From contig CAVTBU010000005.1 of NCBI GenBank assembly GCA_963733035.1, forward strand, positions 2,848,001 to 2,912,000: a stretch of DNA of 64,000 nt, given 5' to 3'. Within the stretch, counting starts at the first letter, position 1. The number at the start of each line of letters is the position of its first letter. A model generated the notes under the pieces. That model was not told the origin of the DNA and did no database searches. It was given only the letters and a program-made list of their open reading frames with translations. Below, piece after piece: positions 53,250 through 64,000 of this stretch. Source of the DNA: Pirellulales bacterium (GTDB taxonomy: Bacteria > Planctomycetota > Planctomycetia > Pirellulales > PALSA-1355). Both the position numbers and the translations under genes were made by a program.

Positions 53250-54686
53250 ATGTTCCCTAGCCGTCTGTCTTCGCGACGCGACTTCTTGTCCACGAGCGCC
53301 TTGGGCATGGGCAGTGTGGCGCTCGCCTGTTTGCTCCGCGATCAGAACCTGCTTGCGGCGCCGCACATGCCGAAGGAAAACCCGGCCTTCGACCTGACCG
53401 CCAAGCCGCCGCATGCGCCGGCCAAAGCGCGGGCCATGATCTCCCTGTTCATGCACGGTGGACCGAGCCACGTCGATTTGCTCGATCCCAAACCTGAACT
53501 TACCAAACACAGCGGCGCGGACTATCAAGGCGAAGTCGTTTATAGCTTTGCCAATCGGGCCAGCAAGAAGCTACTGGGTAGTCCCTGGAAGTTCTCGAAG
53601 CAGGGCGAATGCGGAACGGAAGTCTCGGAGCTGTTGCCGCATGTGGCCTCGATTGTCGACGACATCGCGATTGTGCGGTCGATGCACACGGACATCAACG
53701 GCCACGAACCGTCGATCTGGTACATGAACACGGGCAAAGCGCAGCCGGGCCGCCCGGCGCTTGGGTCGTGGTTGACCTACGGCTTGGGATCCGAAAGTCA
53801 GGATTTGCCCGCCTACTGCGTCTTGAGCGATCCGGGAGGACACCCGGTCGACGGCGTGCGCAATTGGTCAAACGGCTGGTTGCCACCTTTGTATCAAGGG
53901 ACGGTCATTCGGCCCAAGGAGCCACGGATTCTAAACCTTGATCCGCCGGCTCATCTCCGCGGCCTGCGGCAGCATCAGAACCTCGAGCTACTCGGCGATT
54001 TGAACCGGATGCACTTGGAACGACATCCGGGGGAAACAGACCTCGAAGCGCGGATCGCCAGCTACGAACTGGCCGCCCGGATGCAGTCCGCGGCCAAGGA
54101 GGCGCTCGACATCACGGGCGAGACGCAGGCCACGCGGGAACTGTACGGGCTGGATGATCCGGAAACGGCCGAATATGGCACCCGGTGCCTGATCGCCCGC
54201 CGGCTGGTGGAACGCGGTGTGCGGTTCGTCCAGCTGTTTTTAGGCGGCCAGCCGTGGGACAACCACAATAGCTTGCGGACGTCGCTGCCGGGTATTTGTC
54301 GCAAGACCGATAAGCCGAGCGCGGCCCTGGTGAAGGACCTGAAGAGCCGCGGGCTATTGGATACGACGCTGGTGCACTGGGGCGGTGAAATCGGCCGCTT
54401 GCCGGTTACCGAGGGCGAAGGTGACCAGTGCGGCCGCGACCACAACGGCCAGGGCTTTAGCATGTGGCTTGCCGGCGGCGGGATCAAAGGGGGCATCGCC
54501 TATGGCGAAACCGACGAGTTTGGCCACAAAGCAGCGGTAAATCCCGTGAGCCCCAACGACTATCAGGCTACGCTCCTGCACTTATTTGGCATGGATCACA
54601 ACCGCCTGGCATATTTTCACAATGGCCAGGAGCAGAAGTTTACCGACAACCGGCCCTGCCGCGTGGTCGAAGAGTTGCTCGCTTGA
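53250..54686 (+). CDS. DUF1501 domain protein (Tat-exported)
   Basis: SRRDFL, GGPSHVD, ARRLVERGVRFVQ, WDNH, GRDHN. Confidence 0.92.
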   Translation: MFPSRLSSRRDFLSTSALGMGSVALACLLRDQNLLAAPHMPKENPAFDLTAKPPHAPAKARAMISLFMHGGPSHVDLLDPKPELTKHSGADYQGEVVYSFANRASKKLLGSPWKFSKQGECGTEVSELLPHVASIVDDIAIVRSMHTDINGHEPSIWYMNTGKAQPGRPALGSWLTYGLGSESQDLPAYCVLSDPGGHPVDGVRNWSNGWLPPLYQGTVIRPKEPRILNLDPPAHLRGLRQHQNLELLGDLNRMHLERHPGETDLEARIASYELAARMQSAAKEALDITGETQATRELYGLDDPETAEYGTRCLIARRLVERGVRFVQLFLGGQPWDNHNSLRTSLPGICRKTDKPSAALVKDLKSRGLLDTTLVHWGGEIGRLPVTEGEGDQCGRDHNGQGFSMWLAGGGIKGGIAYGETDEFGHKAAVNPVSPNDYQATLLHLFGMDHNRLAYFHNGQEQKFTDNRPCRVVEELLA

Positions 54687-55687
54687 CGCTTGAAGTTGGC
54701 GATGTGGTTCGGCAACCACCGTTCGATGCACTTATAGTCCGAATGCACGTCGTTGTTCGTGGCAACGGCGGCATTGGTCACTTGAGATTCGCCGTCGTCG
54801 ACATGCATCTGGCCGTGCGCGTCGGGGTGCAGGATCTCAGCCATTTTGACGGCCAAAGCGTTGAACTCGCGGGGATTTGTGGGCGCTAGCGCCAGTCGCA
54901 CGTTTTCGTCGCTGCGCGGTGCTTGCGGATCGACGGGCATACAGACCTGGTGATTGCGGATGTTGTGCACGCCGTAGAGCACTTCGATTTCCCACTTGGC
55001 GTTGCGTTCCACTTCCTGACGCAGGTTGAAGGCGGATTGCGCGGCGTTCAGGCCGACGGCCGTTTCAATCAGGGCTTCGCGGTGGCCCGGCATTTGCCGA
55101 GCGTTGGGGCCCCAGACCTGATCGATCGCGTTGGCCCCTTCACGCACGGCCACAAAGATACTTTGGATCAGCGTGCGCAGCATCGGCGAGAGCGAGCGAG
55201 ACCAAAACTTCGTGGGTTGCAGGTAGGCGTCGACCGCGGCGGTCACCGCGCCGCAACCGCTGTGTCCGAGCATTACGACGGTGCGGACGCTATCGCTCAG
55301 GGCGCTCAGGGCAAAGTCAATGCTCCCCATGCAGACGTCGCCCAGTACGTTGCCCGCCACGCGGATGACGAACATTTCGTTGAATCCCTGGCCGAACAGC
55401 ATTTCAGTAGGCACGCGGGCATCGGAGCATCCGACCACCACGGCAAACGGAGTTTGCTTGGGCATCTCACCTTGCGTGCGGCGCATGCCGACTTCCAATC
55501 CGTTGCAGGAGACGACATAGCGGGGCTCGCCCTCGCTGGTGGTGCCGGTGCGGCAACTTTCCATCCACCGCGAGAACATCCGGTTGCCATCCTCGAGGAT
55601 GCGACGGGCCACTTCGGCGTCGCTGGGGATCGGCTTGGCCGAGGGGTTCTTGGGGTCGAAACGGTAGATGTAGTCGATCGTCTTCAT
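54617..55687 (-). CDS. Beta-class carbonic anhydrase
   Basis: GCSDARVP (CxDxR), RVAGN, GHSGCGAV (HxxC); 3' end overlaps the DUF1501 gene and is uncertain. Confidence 0.88.
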   Translation of the reverse strand: MKTIDYIYRFDPKNPSAKPIPSDAEVARRILEDGNRMFSRWMESCRTGTTSEGEPRYVVSCNGLEVGMRRTQGEMPKQTPFAVVVGCSDARVPTEMLFGQGFNEMFVIRVAGNVLGDVCMGSIDFALSALSDSVRTVVMLGHSGCGAVTAAVDAYLQPTKFWSRSLSPMLRTLIQSIFVAVREGANAIDQVWGPNARQMPGHREALIETAVGLNAAQSAFNLRQEVERNAKWEIEVLYGVHNIRNHQVCMPVDPQAPRSDENVRLALAPTNPREFNALAVKMAEILHPDAHGQMHVDDGESQVTNAAVATNNDVHSDYKCIERWLPNHIANFKRQASNSSTTRQGRLSVNFCSWPL

Positions 55688-55824
55688 GTTCGCACCGATT
55701 TCGTGCTTGACGTGGCTCGTGTCTTCGGCAGGCAAACGCCATTCAAACGTGGCGTCAGCTGCTGACGTCGGAGGGAGACAGGGTAGAGCACAGCACAAGT
55801 CGGGTGGCTGCTCTTACCTCCCCA

Positions 55825-55852
55825 ATTGTACCACGCAGATTGACCGAGCCAA
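55825..55852 (-). promoter_or_regulatory. Candidate sigma70 promoter for carbonic anhydrase
   Basis: TTGGCT-16 bp-TACAAT with TGn extended -10 on the minus strand. Confidence 0.45.
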
Positions 55853-55907
55853 TTGATTGGAGAATTCGGACCCGGCGGGGGCCGGTAGGCAGGGATGTGA
55901 ATGCGGC

Positions 55908-57353
55908 TCAATCACTTGAGGGGGTTTTCACGGCGTCTCTTGCCGCTTGCAACGCCGGTTTGGCAGCCAAGGCCGGCTTCTCGACGGCGAACCGCTTGGC
56001 ACGCTGGTCAATCAGTTCGCGGGCAACTCGATATCGGGAAGCAACACCCGGTTGCGGATACAATCCGCCTCCCACGATCAAAAAGCTAAGCACGAGCACG
56101 GCAAAGCGTTCTGGCGGGCGGCAGCGCAAGTCGATCGTTCCCGGATGGTGAGTACCGGTAAAGACCAGGAAATAGGCGTGCATGACGGCGAGGCTGTTGA
56201 GCGCCGCAGTGGTCACAATTGCGACGCCAACCAATGGATAGAGTTGCACCGCACCCTCGATGAGTAGCTCGGAGCCGATGAATCCGACCGTGCCGGGAAA
56301 ACCAATACTGGCCAGGCCGGTGATCAAAAACAACGCTGCCAGCAACGGAGTCTTGCCGTAGAGACCGTGGTATTGATCGAGCGAAAGTCGTCCCGTGCGG
56401 GTTTCCACGGCACGGAGCACGAGGCCAAAGCCTGCCATCGACAGGGCGACCGCCAACCAGACGCAAAGCGCGCCGGCGAGCCCGACCGGAGTGACGGTTT
56501 CGAGGCCCACGAAAACGAGCGACGAGTGGCTGAGGAAGATATAGCAAAAGAATCGCCGGGCCTCGCGCTGCACAAGCGCCATGCAGGCGGCGTACAGGGC
56601 TGTTACCAGCGACAGGATGGCGATGCCGTGTAGAGCCCAGTCGGGGGCGATTGGCAACACGAGCCGCAGTGCCGCATAGGCACCAACCATGGGCGTTACA
56701 TACAGCAGACTGGTTCCGAACGAGGCGTGTTCGAATAGATCGGTCATCCAGCAGTGCACCGGCACAATGCCGCTGCGCACCAGTACGGCGGCCATCAACA
56801 GCGCGATTCCCACAATCGATTGCTCGTTGGCGTCGAGCATGAGCTGCCCGGACACCAATAGCGCCACAAACAACAGCATATGAAACGCAAATACGCGAGT
56901 GGGTTTCTTTCGCTTGCGCAATTCAAGCCAGGGCGGAACGACGCCGATCGCCAGCAGCGCGATGATCAGCCACGCTTGATTGGTGGCCAGCGTCCCCAAG
57001 AGAATTGCTTCGGAGGCCAGCGACGAGGCAAAGGACAAATTGCGTACTTTGGTGCCCAGCGTGGCTAAGAAGGTGAGCAAATACAACAGGGCCGCCAGCG
57101 GCAGCAGTGGTGCGTTCAACGAATCAACCACCAGCAGTCGATCACCGAAAGTGGTTAATCCGTCATGGGCTTCGGTTCCCGTCAGCGTTGCAAAGTCGCC
57201 CCAGGCCGCCATGGCGCAAAACAGCGTCGCGGCGGCGATTAGCAGGCTGTGCGTGCGAGCCACGTCCGGGTTGCGCAATCGGCATACCCAAATTGCCCCC
57301 AGCAGGGGCAAGGTCAAGACGGCTTCGATCCACGGGAAGTGAAAGGAGCTCAC
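55908..57353 (-). CDS. NuoM/ND4-like proton-conducting membrane subunit associated with DAB
   Basis: [23 protein letters not shown]; many TMs; GTGA overlap with the upstream stop. Confidence 0.8.
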   Translation of the reverse strand: MSSFHFPWIEAVLTLPLLGAIWVCRLRNPDVARTHSLLIAAATLFCAMAAWGDFATLTGTEAHDGLTTFGDRLLVVDSLNAPLLPLAALLYLLTFLATLGTKVRNLSFASSLASEAILLGTLATNQAWLIIALLAIGVVPPWLELRKRKKPTRVFAFHMLLFVALLVSGQLMLDANEQSIVGIALLMAAVLVRSGIVPVHCWMTDLFEHASFGTSLLYVTPMVGAYAALRLVLPIAPDWALHGIAILSLVTALYAACMALVQREARRFFCYIFLSHSSLVFVGLETVTPVGLAGALCVWLAVALSMAGFGLVLRAVETRTGRLSLDQYHGLYGKTPLLAALFLITGLASIGFPGTVGFIGSELLIEGAVQLYPLVGVAIVTTAALNSLAVMHAYFLVFTGTHHPGTIDLRCRPPERFAVLVLSFLIVGGGLYPQPGVASRYRVARELIDQRAKRFAVEKPALAAKPALQAARDAVKTPSSD

Positions 57354-58746
57354 GTCAGCTCCTCCCCAACCGGCACCGGCGCCATGGCTGGGACTCGATC
57401 GGACTCGCGTGATTGCGTGCCCGACAGAACATCCGTCCACCCGCGCTCCATACGGTCGCACCAGCGGAAGACCTTCAGGAACGGAGCGACGACATATTCG
57501 TCAATCAGGGCGTCGAGGTTCCCGCGCTCGAGTGACAACCGGTAAAGATCCAGACGCATCCGCACGGGGATCCAACGTTGCGATTCTTCTCCGCTGGAGG
57601 GCAGGTGCGAACCGATGGCGTTTTCGAGCGCCCGGTAGTCATGCAACAGCGACGGTGCACGCACCAACTGCATGGTCCGCAGACAGGCATGGCCGATGAT
57701 ATGGATCAAGGGGATATAGCGGAGGCCCAGGCCAATTTCGGCGGTGATGATGCCGACTTGCGTCAGCGAGGCAAACGCCAGGGCACTCTTGGCATCGGAC
57801 TGTACCCGAGCCGTCATCGCCGCGAAAACGGCCGTCGCCAATCCTAGCGTCACGACGATGCCGCTGAGTAGGAGCGAGAGGTCGAGGATCGGGCTGACGC
57901 GCAAGAGCAGGAACGTACCCAGGTGCACCGAGAGCGCACCATAGAACACGGCGCTGGAAGGAGTGGGACCCTCCATGGCGCGGGGCAACCAGCCAGAAAA
58001 TGGAATCAACGCCGATTTGCCAGCAGCAGCCACAAGTAGCAACAATCCGACCAGCAGGGCTTCGGCGCGGTCAGGGCGGCGATGCCCTCGGGCCAGGCGC
58101 CTTGTCCCATCAGGTGGGCAAAGTCACCCTCGCCCGTCATGTGATGCAATGTCACGGCGGCGATCAGAAACGCGGCGTCTGCCACGCGATAGATCGACCA
58201 GATGCGCTGGCCGTTAACGACCGGCGCCGGTCGCTCGTGGAAATAGGCCACCAGCAGCGCCGACGACAGGCCGACAAGTTCCCAGCCGAGGAACAGCATC
58301 TCGATCGTGCCGGCTAGCGAAGCCACGATCATGCCGAGCAGAAAAACGGCATACAACAAGAAGAAACGGTGGAACGCAGGCTCGCGATGCAAGTACCGCT
58401 GGGCAAAAGCGCCGATCGTGCCGACCAATACAAACGACAAGATGGCGAACGGGACCGAGAGCCGATCAAACATCAATCGCAGATGAAAGTGAAAATGCTC
58501 CTCGGCGATCGTCATGAAATTGCCGATCTCGATCGACACGTTTCGCGTGTCGGAAACCAACATCAAGGCCAGAATGCCAATGGCCATGAGCAAACCGGCA
58601 ACCACCGAAACCTGCGTGCAGCGGCAGACGGCATTTTCGCTCAATCGCAGGCCGACGAGCATCGTCAGGCCGATCAGCGTGAGCAGCGCCAATGGGGCAA
58701 TGACGGTGCCAAGCCCGAGGATTGTGAACAGGGTGTCGTAGTTCAT
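57350..58746 (-). CDS. dabB: DabB-like NuoL/ND5-type membrane subunit (apparent frameshift near 58066)
   Basis: [39 protein letters not shown]-like ASLTQVG, GHA. Confidence 0.8.
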
Positions 58747-61700
58747 GCCGCGGGTTCTCCCGCAGGCCTGGCGTTGGGCTCGCCCCCGGCAACGATGGAG
58801 GCAAAGCCGAGATTCTGCCGCCAGCCGCGATACCAATCGACGGATGAACCGACCGAGGGGAGCGACGTCGTTTCCGGCGTGTAGGGTTCGAAGCGCCCGC
58901 GCCGGAAAACTTGCACGCGCGTTTTGGTCGGGCGCCTGCACCGCCAATTGCACCCACTCGTTGCGCACGAGTTTGCTCAAGCCAGGATTGCGATCAAGGA
59001 TCTCGAGCATGGCTTCCGGCGTGGTTTCGATGACGAACAGAATTCGGACCGGTTCATGAATTTCGACCATTTGCCAGGGGAGCCCACAGCGCAGGTCGCT
59101 GGCGGCTCCGTCCATCACTCCCAACAGGGAAGCGATGTTGTGCGGCAGCTTCGAGCCGCATCCATAGCCAACCGGATCGACGAACGAGAACAGGTATTCC
59201 AGGTTGATTCCCGCGCACACCGGAATGACGGCCTGCAGAATGCGCTCGAGAATCCGATGATCCGGATCTTGGGTGGGGTCGTACGAGGTCAAGAATACGC
59301 GGCGGTCGAAGAACAGGCCTTTGACTCGATTGCGCCGTCCGACGTGGCAAATGGCGTTCGTGGCGTGGCCGAGTTCGGGTCGCACTTGCGAGAGATCCTC
59401 GGACCGACTTTGCACGTGACGGAGGGCAGCCTCGGTGGAAATCGAGAGCTCGGCGGTTTCGAACCGGCGACAACGCTCGTGCGCGTTGCGGCGGCAGGCT
59501 TCATCGATGGTGCGTTTGGCCTGCTCGAAGTCCTCGCGGTGCGTCGAGGGAAGACGATCGAGGTCGGAGTAGCCGACGCTGTCGTCGCACGTGTTGTGGT
59601 AAGCGCCGACAAACACCGTGCTGCGGGGAATGACCAGACCCTTGGAAAACAGGCGTTCTCGAACCCGCGGATCATTGAGCATACCCGCCAGAGCCCGGGC
59701 ATTCGGACCCCCGCGACCGCCGCCGCAGGCACCGCAATCGTACGCCGAGCCGTGTGGATTGTTGACGCTCGAGGAACCGTGACCGGCAATCACAACCAGC
59801 CGGGCGAAACGAGTGGTCATGCCCATGTCCTGCAGAATGCGCAGGCAGATGGCAACCATTTCATCAAGCGAATAGCCGTGATGTCCGTTCCTTGGTCCGG
59901 GCGGCTCGTCCGCACGTTCGATCAGCAACCGCGTCACCGGCGGAGTCTGCACGAAGCTGCCAAACAGGCGTCGGATGCGGGAAGTTAGCCGGGGAAACAG
60001 CACACGCCCTAGCAGCGGCACGGACATGAGCGTGCCAAACAGCGCCGTGAGAACGCCGCCGACGATCGAGCGGCTGCCGGTGTGCAGCCTGTGGCGGGTA
60101 TGTCCGAAGGCGCGGCGGGTGAGCGCGCGGCGTCGATACGACTCCTCGAACGAGTAGACGACTTCTTCTTGCACATAGTGCGAAGGCTTTACGACGACCG
60201 GGCAGAGCGGTACGTAATGGGCGTCGGCGGCGCCGCGATAATACATGGCCACACCGTAGAAACCCGCTACGCCGAAAGTTTCGCAATTCGGTTCGATCTC
60301 TTCCAAGTGGCGGCGGAAGGACTCCTCTCGATCGTCAATGCAGCAGAGCAATTGAAACACGGGCCGCTCGACCGGGGGTCGCACGTGAGCGGCATGGGCC
60401 AATGTCGCGTCAAGGGTTTGAATGCGATAGCGCCGCTCGTAGGCCAGGTGATAGACGCGGCGACGATGGATCGCGGAGAACATCTCGATCTCTTCGACAA
60501 GATGCGCCCATTGGTTCTTGGTTTGTTGATAGAGTTGCGAGGGCTTCCAGCCCATGATCTGGGCCAGTTGAAAGACGAGAAACGCCCGCTGCTCGACGCT
60601 GACTCGCGGAGCGCTCGTAATGCGGCGGTGCAGGCGGGACCTCAACTCGCGAAGCGGTCGCTGGCCGCCGAGCGTCTCGTCTGAGACGTGCGTGAGGGCT
60701 AAGCGTTCAAGCAGCAGTCGCACGGCGAGGTATTCGACCAGTGTGCCGGTCGGTGCCGGATGCAACGTCCACTCGGCATTGGTTTCCATTTGCCAGAGCA
60801 TGCCGGCCCAGCCGCGCAGGCCCAGGAGCGTGCGGGTAATGAATTCGTCGCGCTCCGTTTCCACAACACCAAGCCGCTCGAGCGATTCTTCAATGATTTC
60901 GAGCGGACTCAAGTTGGCCGCTTCAATGCGCCGAATTTCGGCTGGCAGCGCGTGCAGCCAGCGTTCGACTGGCCGGCTGCTGCGATACAATTTCAGCCAC
61001 GACCGGAAGAAACCATCCTCGCGATTCGGCAGCCTCCAAGTGGCGATTCCCTGGTCGAGAAACACCGCGCAAAAACGAATTAAGAAATCGTTCACCAAAC
61101 GGTCGGTGTCACGGCCGGTCACTTCCAGCAGCAGATCGCGGTGCCGAATGGCCGGTGCCGTCGACGCGGCGAAGCGACGCACGCCGTGCACGCCCGCATG
61201 ACAGACCTTCCAGAGCAAGTGCAGCGTGAACGATTCCCAGGTGGCATCGCTCCAGTGCTCGATGCGGGCACCATCAAAGCGGTCGTACAACGATTTGGTG
61301 AGGTCTGAGAGCCTGTGGTCTGGTGCATGTCCGCCGGCCGCCAGATTGCGCATCACCCAGCGCCGGGTGTCGTCGATCATCTGCTCGCGGACATCGGCAC
61401 CGGCGGCCTTGCGAAAGTGGTGCAGCGACTCGGTTTGCGTAATCAGCCAGCGCAACTCGTCGTCGGAACCCAGCCGCAATGGATGCTGGAGCATCGCCAG
61501 GCGGAGACGATACCGCGTGGCCAGGTTTCCAATCTCGCGATCGGCCTCCTCTCCTAGTTCTTCTGCCAGGACGGCCGACAAGTCAGTGGGTTTGATACGC
61601 CCACTGGCGAGCTTCTCTCGATAGTCGATCTCCGCCAAGTACGGATTGCAGCCAAAAACGCTATTCCCATGTCGTACCGCATCGAAAAATAGCTCGTCTT

Positions 61701-61911
61701 CGAAGGCGTGCAGCGTGTTGTGATGCACGAAGACCTGAATCGGATTCTGGGCGGGCAACAGATGGGCCGCGTGGTGAATCTCCGCTTCGAGAGAACGAAG
61801 TCGTTCGGGCAGCTTGCCCGACGCCGGCAGATATGCCTCAATCGTCGCTGGATGAATCACGGTGTGAGGTGGACCCTTGTTCTCAGGTTCCGAAGCGGAT
61901 GCGGCTTGCAC
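58743..61911 (-). CDS. dabA: DabA (DUF2309/UPF0753) inorganic carbon transporter subunit (apparent frameshift near 58918)
   Basis: [36 protein letters not shown]; true C-terminus VQVFRRG...DWYRGWR ends at 58743 with ATGA overlap. Confidence 0.88.
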
Positions 61912-61971
61912 AGAAGGCAGGCAATTTTTGCGGGAAAGAAATCGAAGGTCGCCCGCACCGCCTGTCGTGCA

Positions 61972-62001
61972 ATTCTAAGATCGCTTCTCAAACGGTGTCC
62001 A
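61972..62001 (-). promoter_or_regulatory. Candidate sigma70 promoter for dab operon
   Basis: TGGACA-18 bp-TAGAAT on the minus strand in an AT-rich intergenic region. Confidence 0.4.
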
Positions 62002-62107
62002 GATTGACAGTGCAAAATTAAGAGTTTGTCATTTCAACACGCCGTGGTCAGGCAATGTATGCGCGACGACATTACATTTGCTTCTGATAGGCAATTATTT
62101 GCAACAG

Positions 62108-63225
62108 CTATTGACAGCGGTGTTGTTGCACCAATTGCCAGTCCACCTCGATACCCAAACCGGGGAGCCGCGTAATGGTCGTGAGTGGGCCTAAGATTTC
62201 GATAGGTTTCTTAGCGATTCGTAAGGTGTGGTAGTCCGCCCCGAGCATATCGCCCGGATATTTCTCGACCTGCATGTTTGCGCAAGCCACCACAACGTGG
62301 GCCATTGCAGCCGTGGCCACATCGAGTTCCAGATTCGAGCCGATCGAGCACGCAACGCCGTTTTTCGCCGCAAAATCGACGATTTGTTTCGCCTTGTGGA
62401 TTCCACCTTGTTTGCCCGGGTAGACGCTGATCACATCACAGCAGTCGTTGCGGACGAGTTCCTTTGCGTGCACGAAGTCGAAGCAGATGTCGTCGGCCAT
62501 CACCGGCACGTTCGTTTCTCGACGCACGCGAGCCATGGCGGCATAGTCACCGTCGGGTGTCGGCTGCTCGACAAGTGCCAGCTTGCAATCATGTAATTCG
62601 TGTACGCAGTAAATGGCCGTGTCGGCATCCCACCCGCAGTTGGCGTCAACCGTTAGGGCAATATCCGGGCCAACCGCAGCGCGCACAGCGCGCCACTCGG
62701 GCGACGTCGGCCGCCGCGTCGCGACCAACTTTGATCTTGATGGTCGTGAAACCGAGTGCGACGAGTTCTTTGGCGCGCGGCCGCGTGCTTGGGTTCGTAG
62801 GCGCCCATGCTGTAGCGGCTGCGGACGGTGAGCGGTCGGACAGCTCCGCCGAGCAGCTCGAAGATTGGCTTGCCCGCGGCTTTGCCGGCGACATCCCAGC
62901 AGGCCATCTCGATCGCGCTTTTGGCGAACCAATTGTGCGCGGCTACGGCGTCCATGCGGCGGTCGATCTCGTCGACATCGCGCGGATCGCAACCAAGCAA
63001 CTGCGGCGCGAGCACGTGATCGATGAGCGCTTGCGCGCCCCACACCGTCTCTCCGCTCCAGCGAGGCATCACGGTTGCTTCGCCAGCACCCTCCCGTCCG
63101 TCGTCGGTCAGCACGCGCACGATGACATAGCGAGAGACGACGTGCTCGCCCAGTGAACTGAGAATGCGGCGTTCGGGCTTGATGGGAATTTCGACGGGAT
63201 ACGTTTCAATCCGGGCGATCTTCAT
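62108..63225 (-). CDS. Enolase-superfamily enzyme, muconate cycloisomerase/dipeptide epimerase subgroup (apparent frameshifts near 62776 and 62692)
   Basis: AIEMACWDVAGK, KIKVG, VDAN, VEQP, MADD, PGLGIEVD across three frames. Confidence 0.85.
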
Positions 63226-63413
63226 GGCAGAATCTCGTAATGCCTGGGAGGGTGACTCGCGGCGGGTAACAACAGAGAGGAGTAAGTTGTACCGCGCCGC
63301 CGAGGCGACTTCGACGGCCTGCGGATGGTGCTGCCAATCGAGTATGGTACAACGAGCCTACCGAATTCGTGGTACCTGTTGTCTCATCATGACAATCCCA
63401 AGCGGGCGCAGAA

Positions 63414-64000
63414 ATGTTGGTCGGATATGTTAGTGACGAGCGCTACGTGGCCTTGGCCGATGTTTTGATCGAGTTTGAAAGCGCGGCTGGCTCGGTCGAA
63501 ACGCGTTCACGGGCGAGCGGGGCAGTTTACGCCGATATCGGACCGGGCACCTATCGCGTCACGTTGCAAAAGCCGGGCTTCGGGGCCAAACGTACGCAAG
63601 TTGCGCTTGGCGACGATCCGCACCAGTTTCGTTTGCTCGCCGATGGACTCTTGGGTTATGCCTGGCCCAAATGGGTTCGCTCCGGGGAGCAAGCGGAGTT
63701 CCGCGTCCACTCGGTCGAGCCCTATAAGATTGAGTTGTGGCGCTACGGCTGGCAAAAGCAACTCGCGAAAAAGATTGGCTGGTTCGACGAACACGGGCCG
63801 CTGGCCACCATGCAAATCACGCCCGACGGAGACTACACCCGCACCGGTGTGGAGTGGAACAAGGTGGGATATGGGAGCTGGCAACATCATCAGCGCGTCA
63901 ACGCGCCCGCGGCCAGCGGATTGTATTACTTCCACGCGCGGACCGACAGCGGCCGGTTCTTTGCGTTTCCCTGGATCGTGGCGCCGGCGAAGCCAACGGC
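63414..64000 (+). CDS. Partial CDS: carboxypeptidase-regulatory-like domain followed by probable N,N-dimethylformamidase beta-subunit-like domain
   Basis: Open frame from ATG 63414 to the window edge (MLVGYVSDERY...PGTYRVTLQKPGF...SGLYYFHAR...FPWIVAP); absent from the ORF track because it is truncated. Confidence 0.6.
   Translation, partial: MLVGYVSDERYVALADVLIEFESAAGSVETRSRASGAVYADIGPGTYRVTLQKPGFGAKRTQVALGDDPHQFRLLADGLLGYAWPKWVRSGEQAEFRVHSVEPYKIELWRYGWQKQLAKKIGWFDEHGPLATMQITPDGDYTRTGVEWNKVGYGSWQHHQRVNAPAASGLYYFHARTDSGRFFAFPWIVAPAKPT

Noticed and set aside
50609..54686. PSD1/DUF1553 plus DUF1501 pair as a novel system
   Set aside because: Function unknown, but it is a very common, highly paralogous planctomycete module
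58006..61911. Apparent 1301-aa DabA-DabB fusion in the ORF track
   Set aside because: A proper DabA C-terminus runs in another frame and stops at 58743, overlapping the dabB ATG; the fusion arises from an indel in a CG run near 58918

Overview
GC-rich bacterial chromosomal segment, almost certainly Planctomycetota (Pirellulales-like): it has PVC-type heme-binding dehydrogenases, a PSD1/planctomycete cytochrome c + DUF1501 pair and a planctomycete-type LRR protein. About 49 genes were found; no rRNA, tRNA, CRISPR or mobile element was recognised. About 16 genes-level frameshifts (including in infC and lon) sit almost all at GCGC/CGCG runs and look like long-read errors, so several long ORFs in the track, notably the apparent DabA-DabB fusion, are artefacts. 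The most interesting signal is a candidate oxygen-sensing sigma54 stress/dormancy regulon. A globin-coupled histidine kinase lies next to an NtrC-family activator. Eight -24/-12 (GG-N10-GC) promoters, six of them in three back-to-back pairs, precede genes for USPs, two cytochrome c'-like proteins, a P1B-5 ATPase, Hsp20-Lon, a DksA-like protein, a BON protein, a 75-aa membrane protein and the activator itself. A shared tandem GTGCG-N4-CGCAC-like element lies upstream of most of them. Other notable loci are a Tat-exported SELENBP1-like protein next to an isobutyryl-CoA-mutase-type cluster interrupted by a sulfotransferase, a three-gene DAB inorganic-carbon pump plus beta-carbonic anhydrase, and a metallohydrolase-dehydrogenase-cytochrome c fusion. 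All functional calls come from motifs read by eye; no database searches were run.
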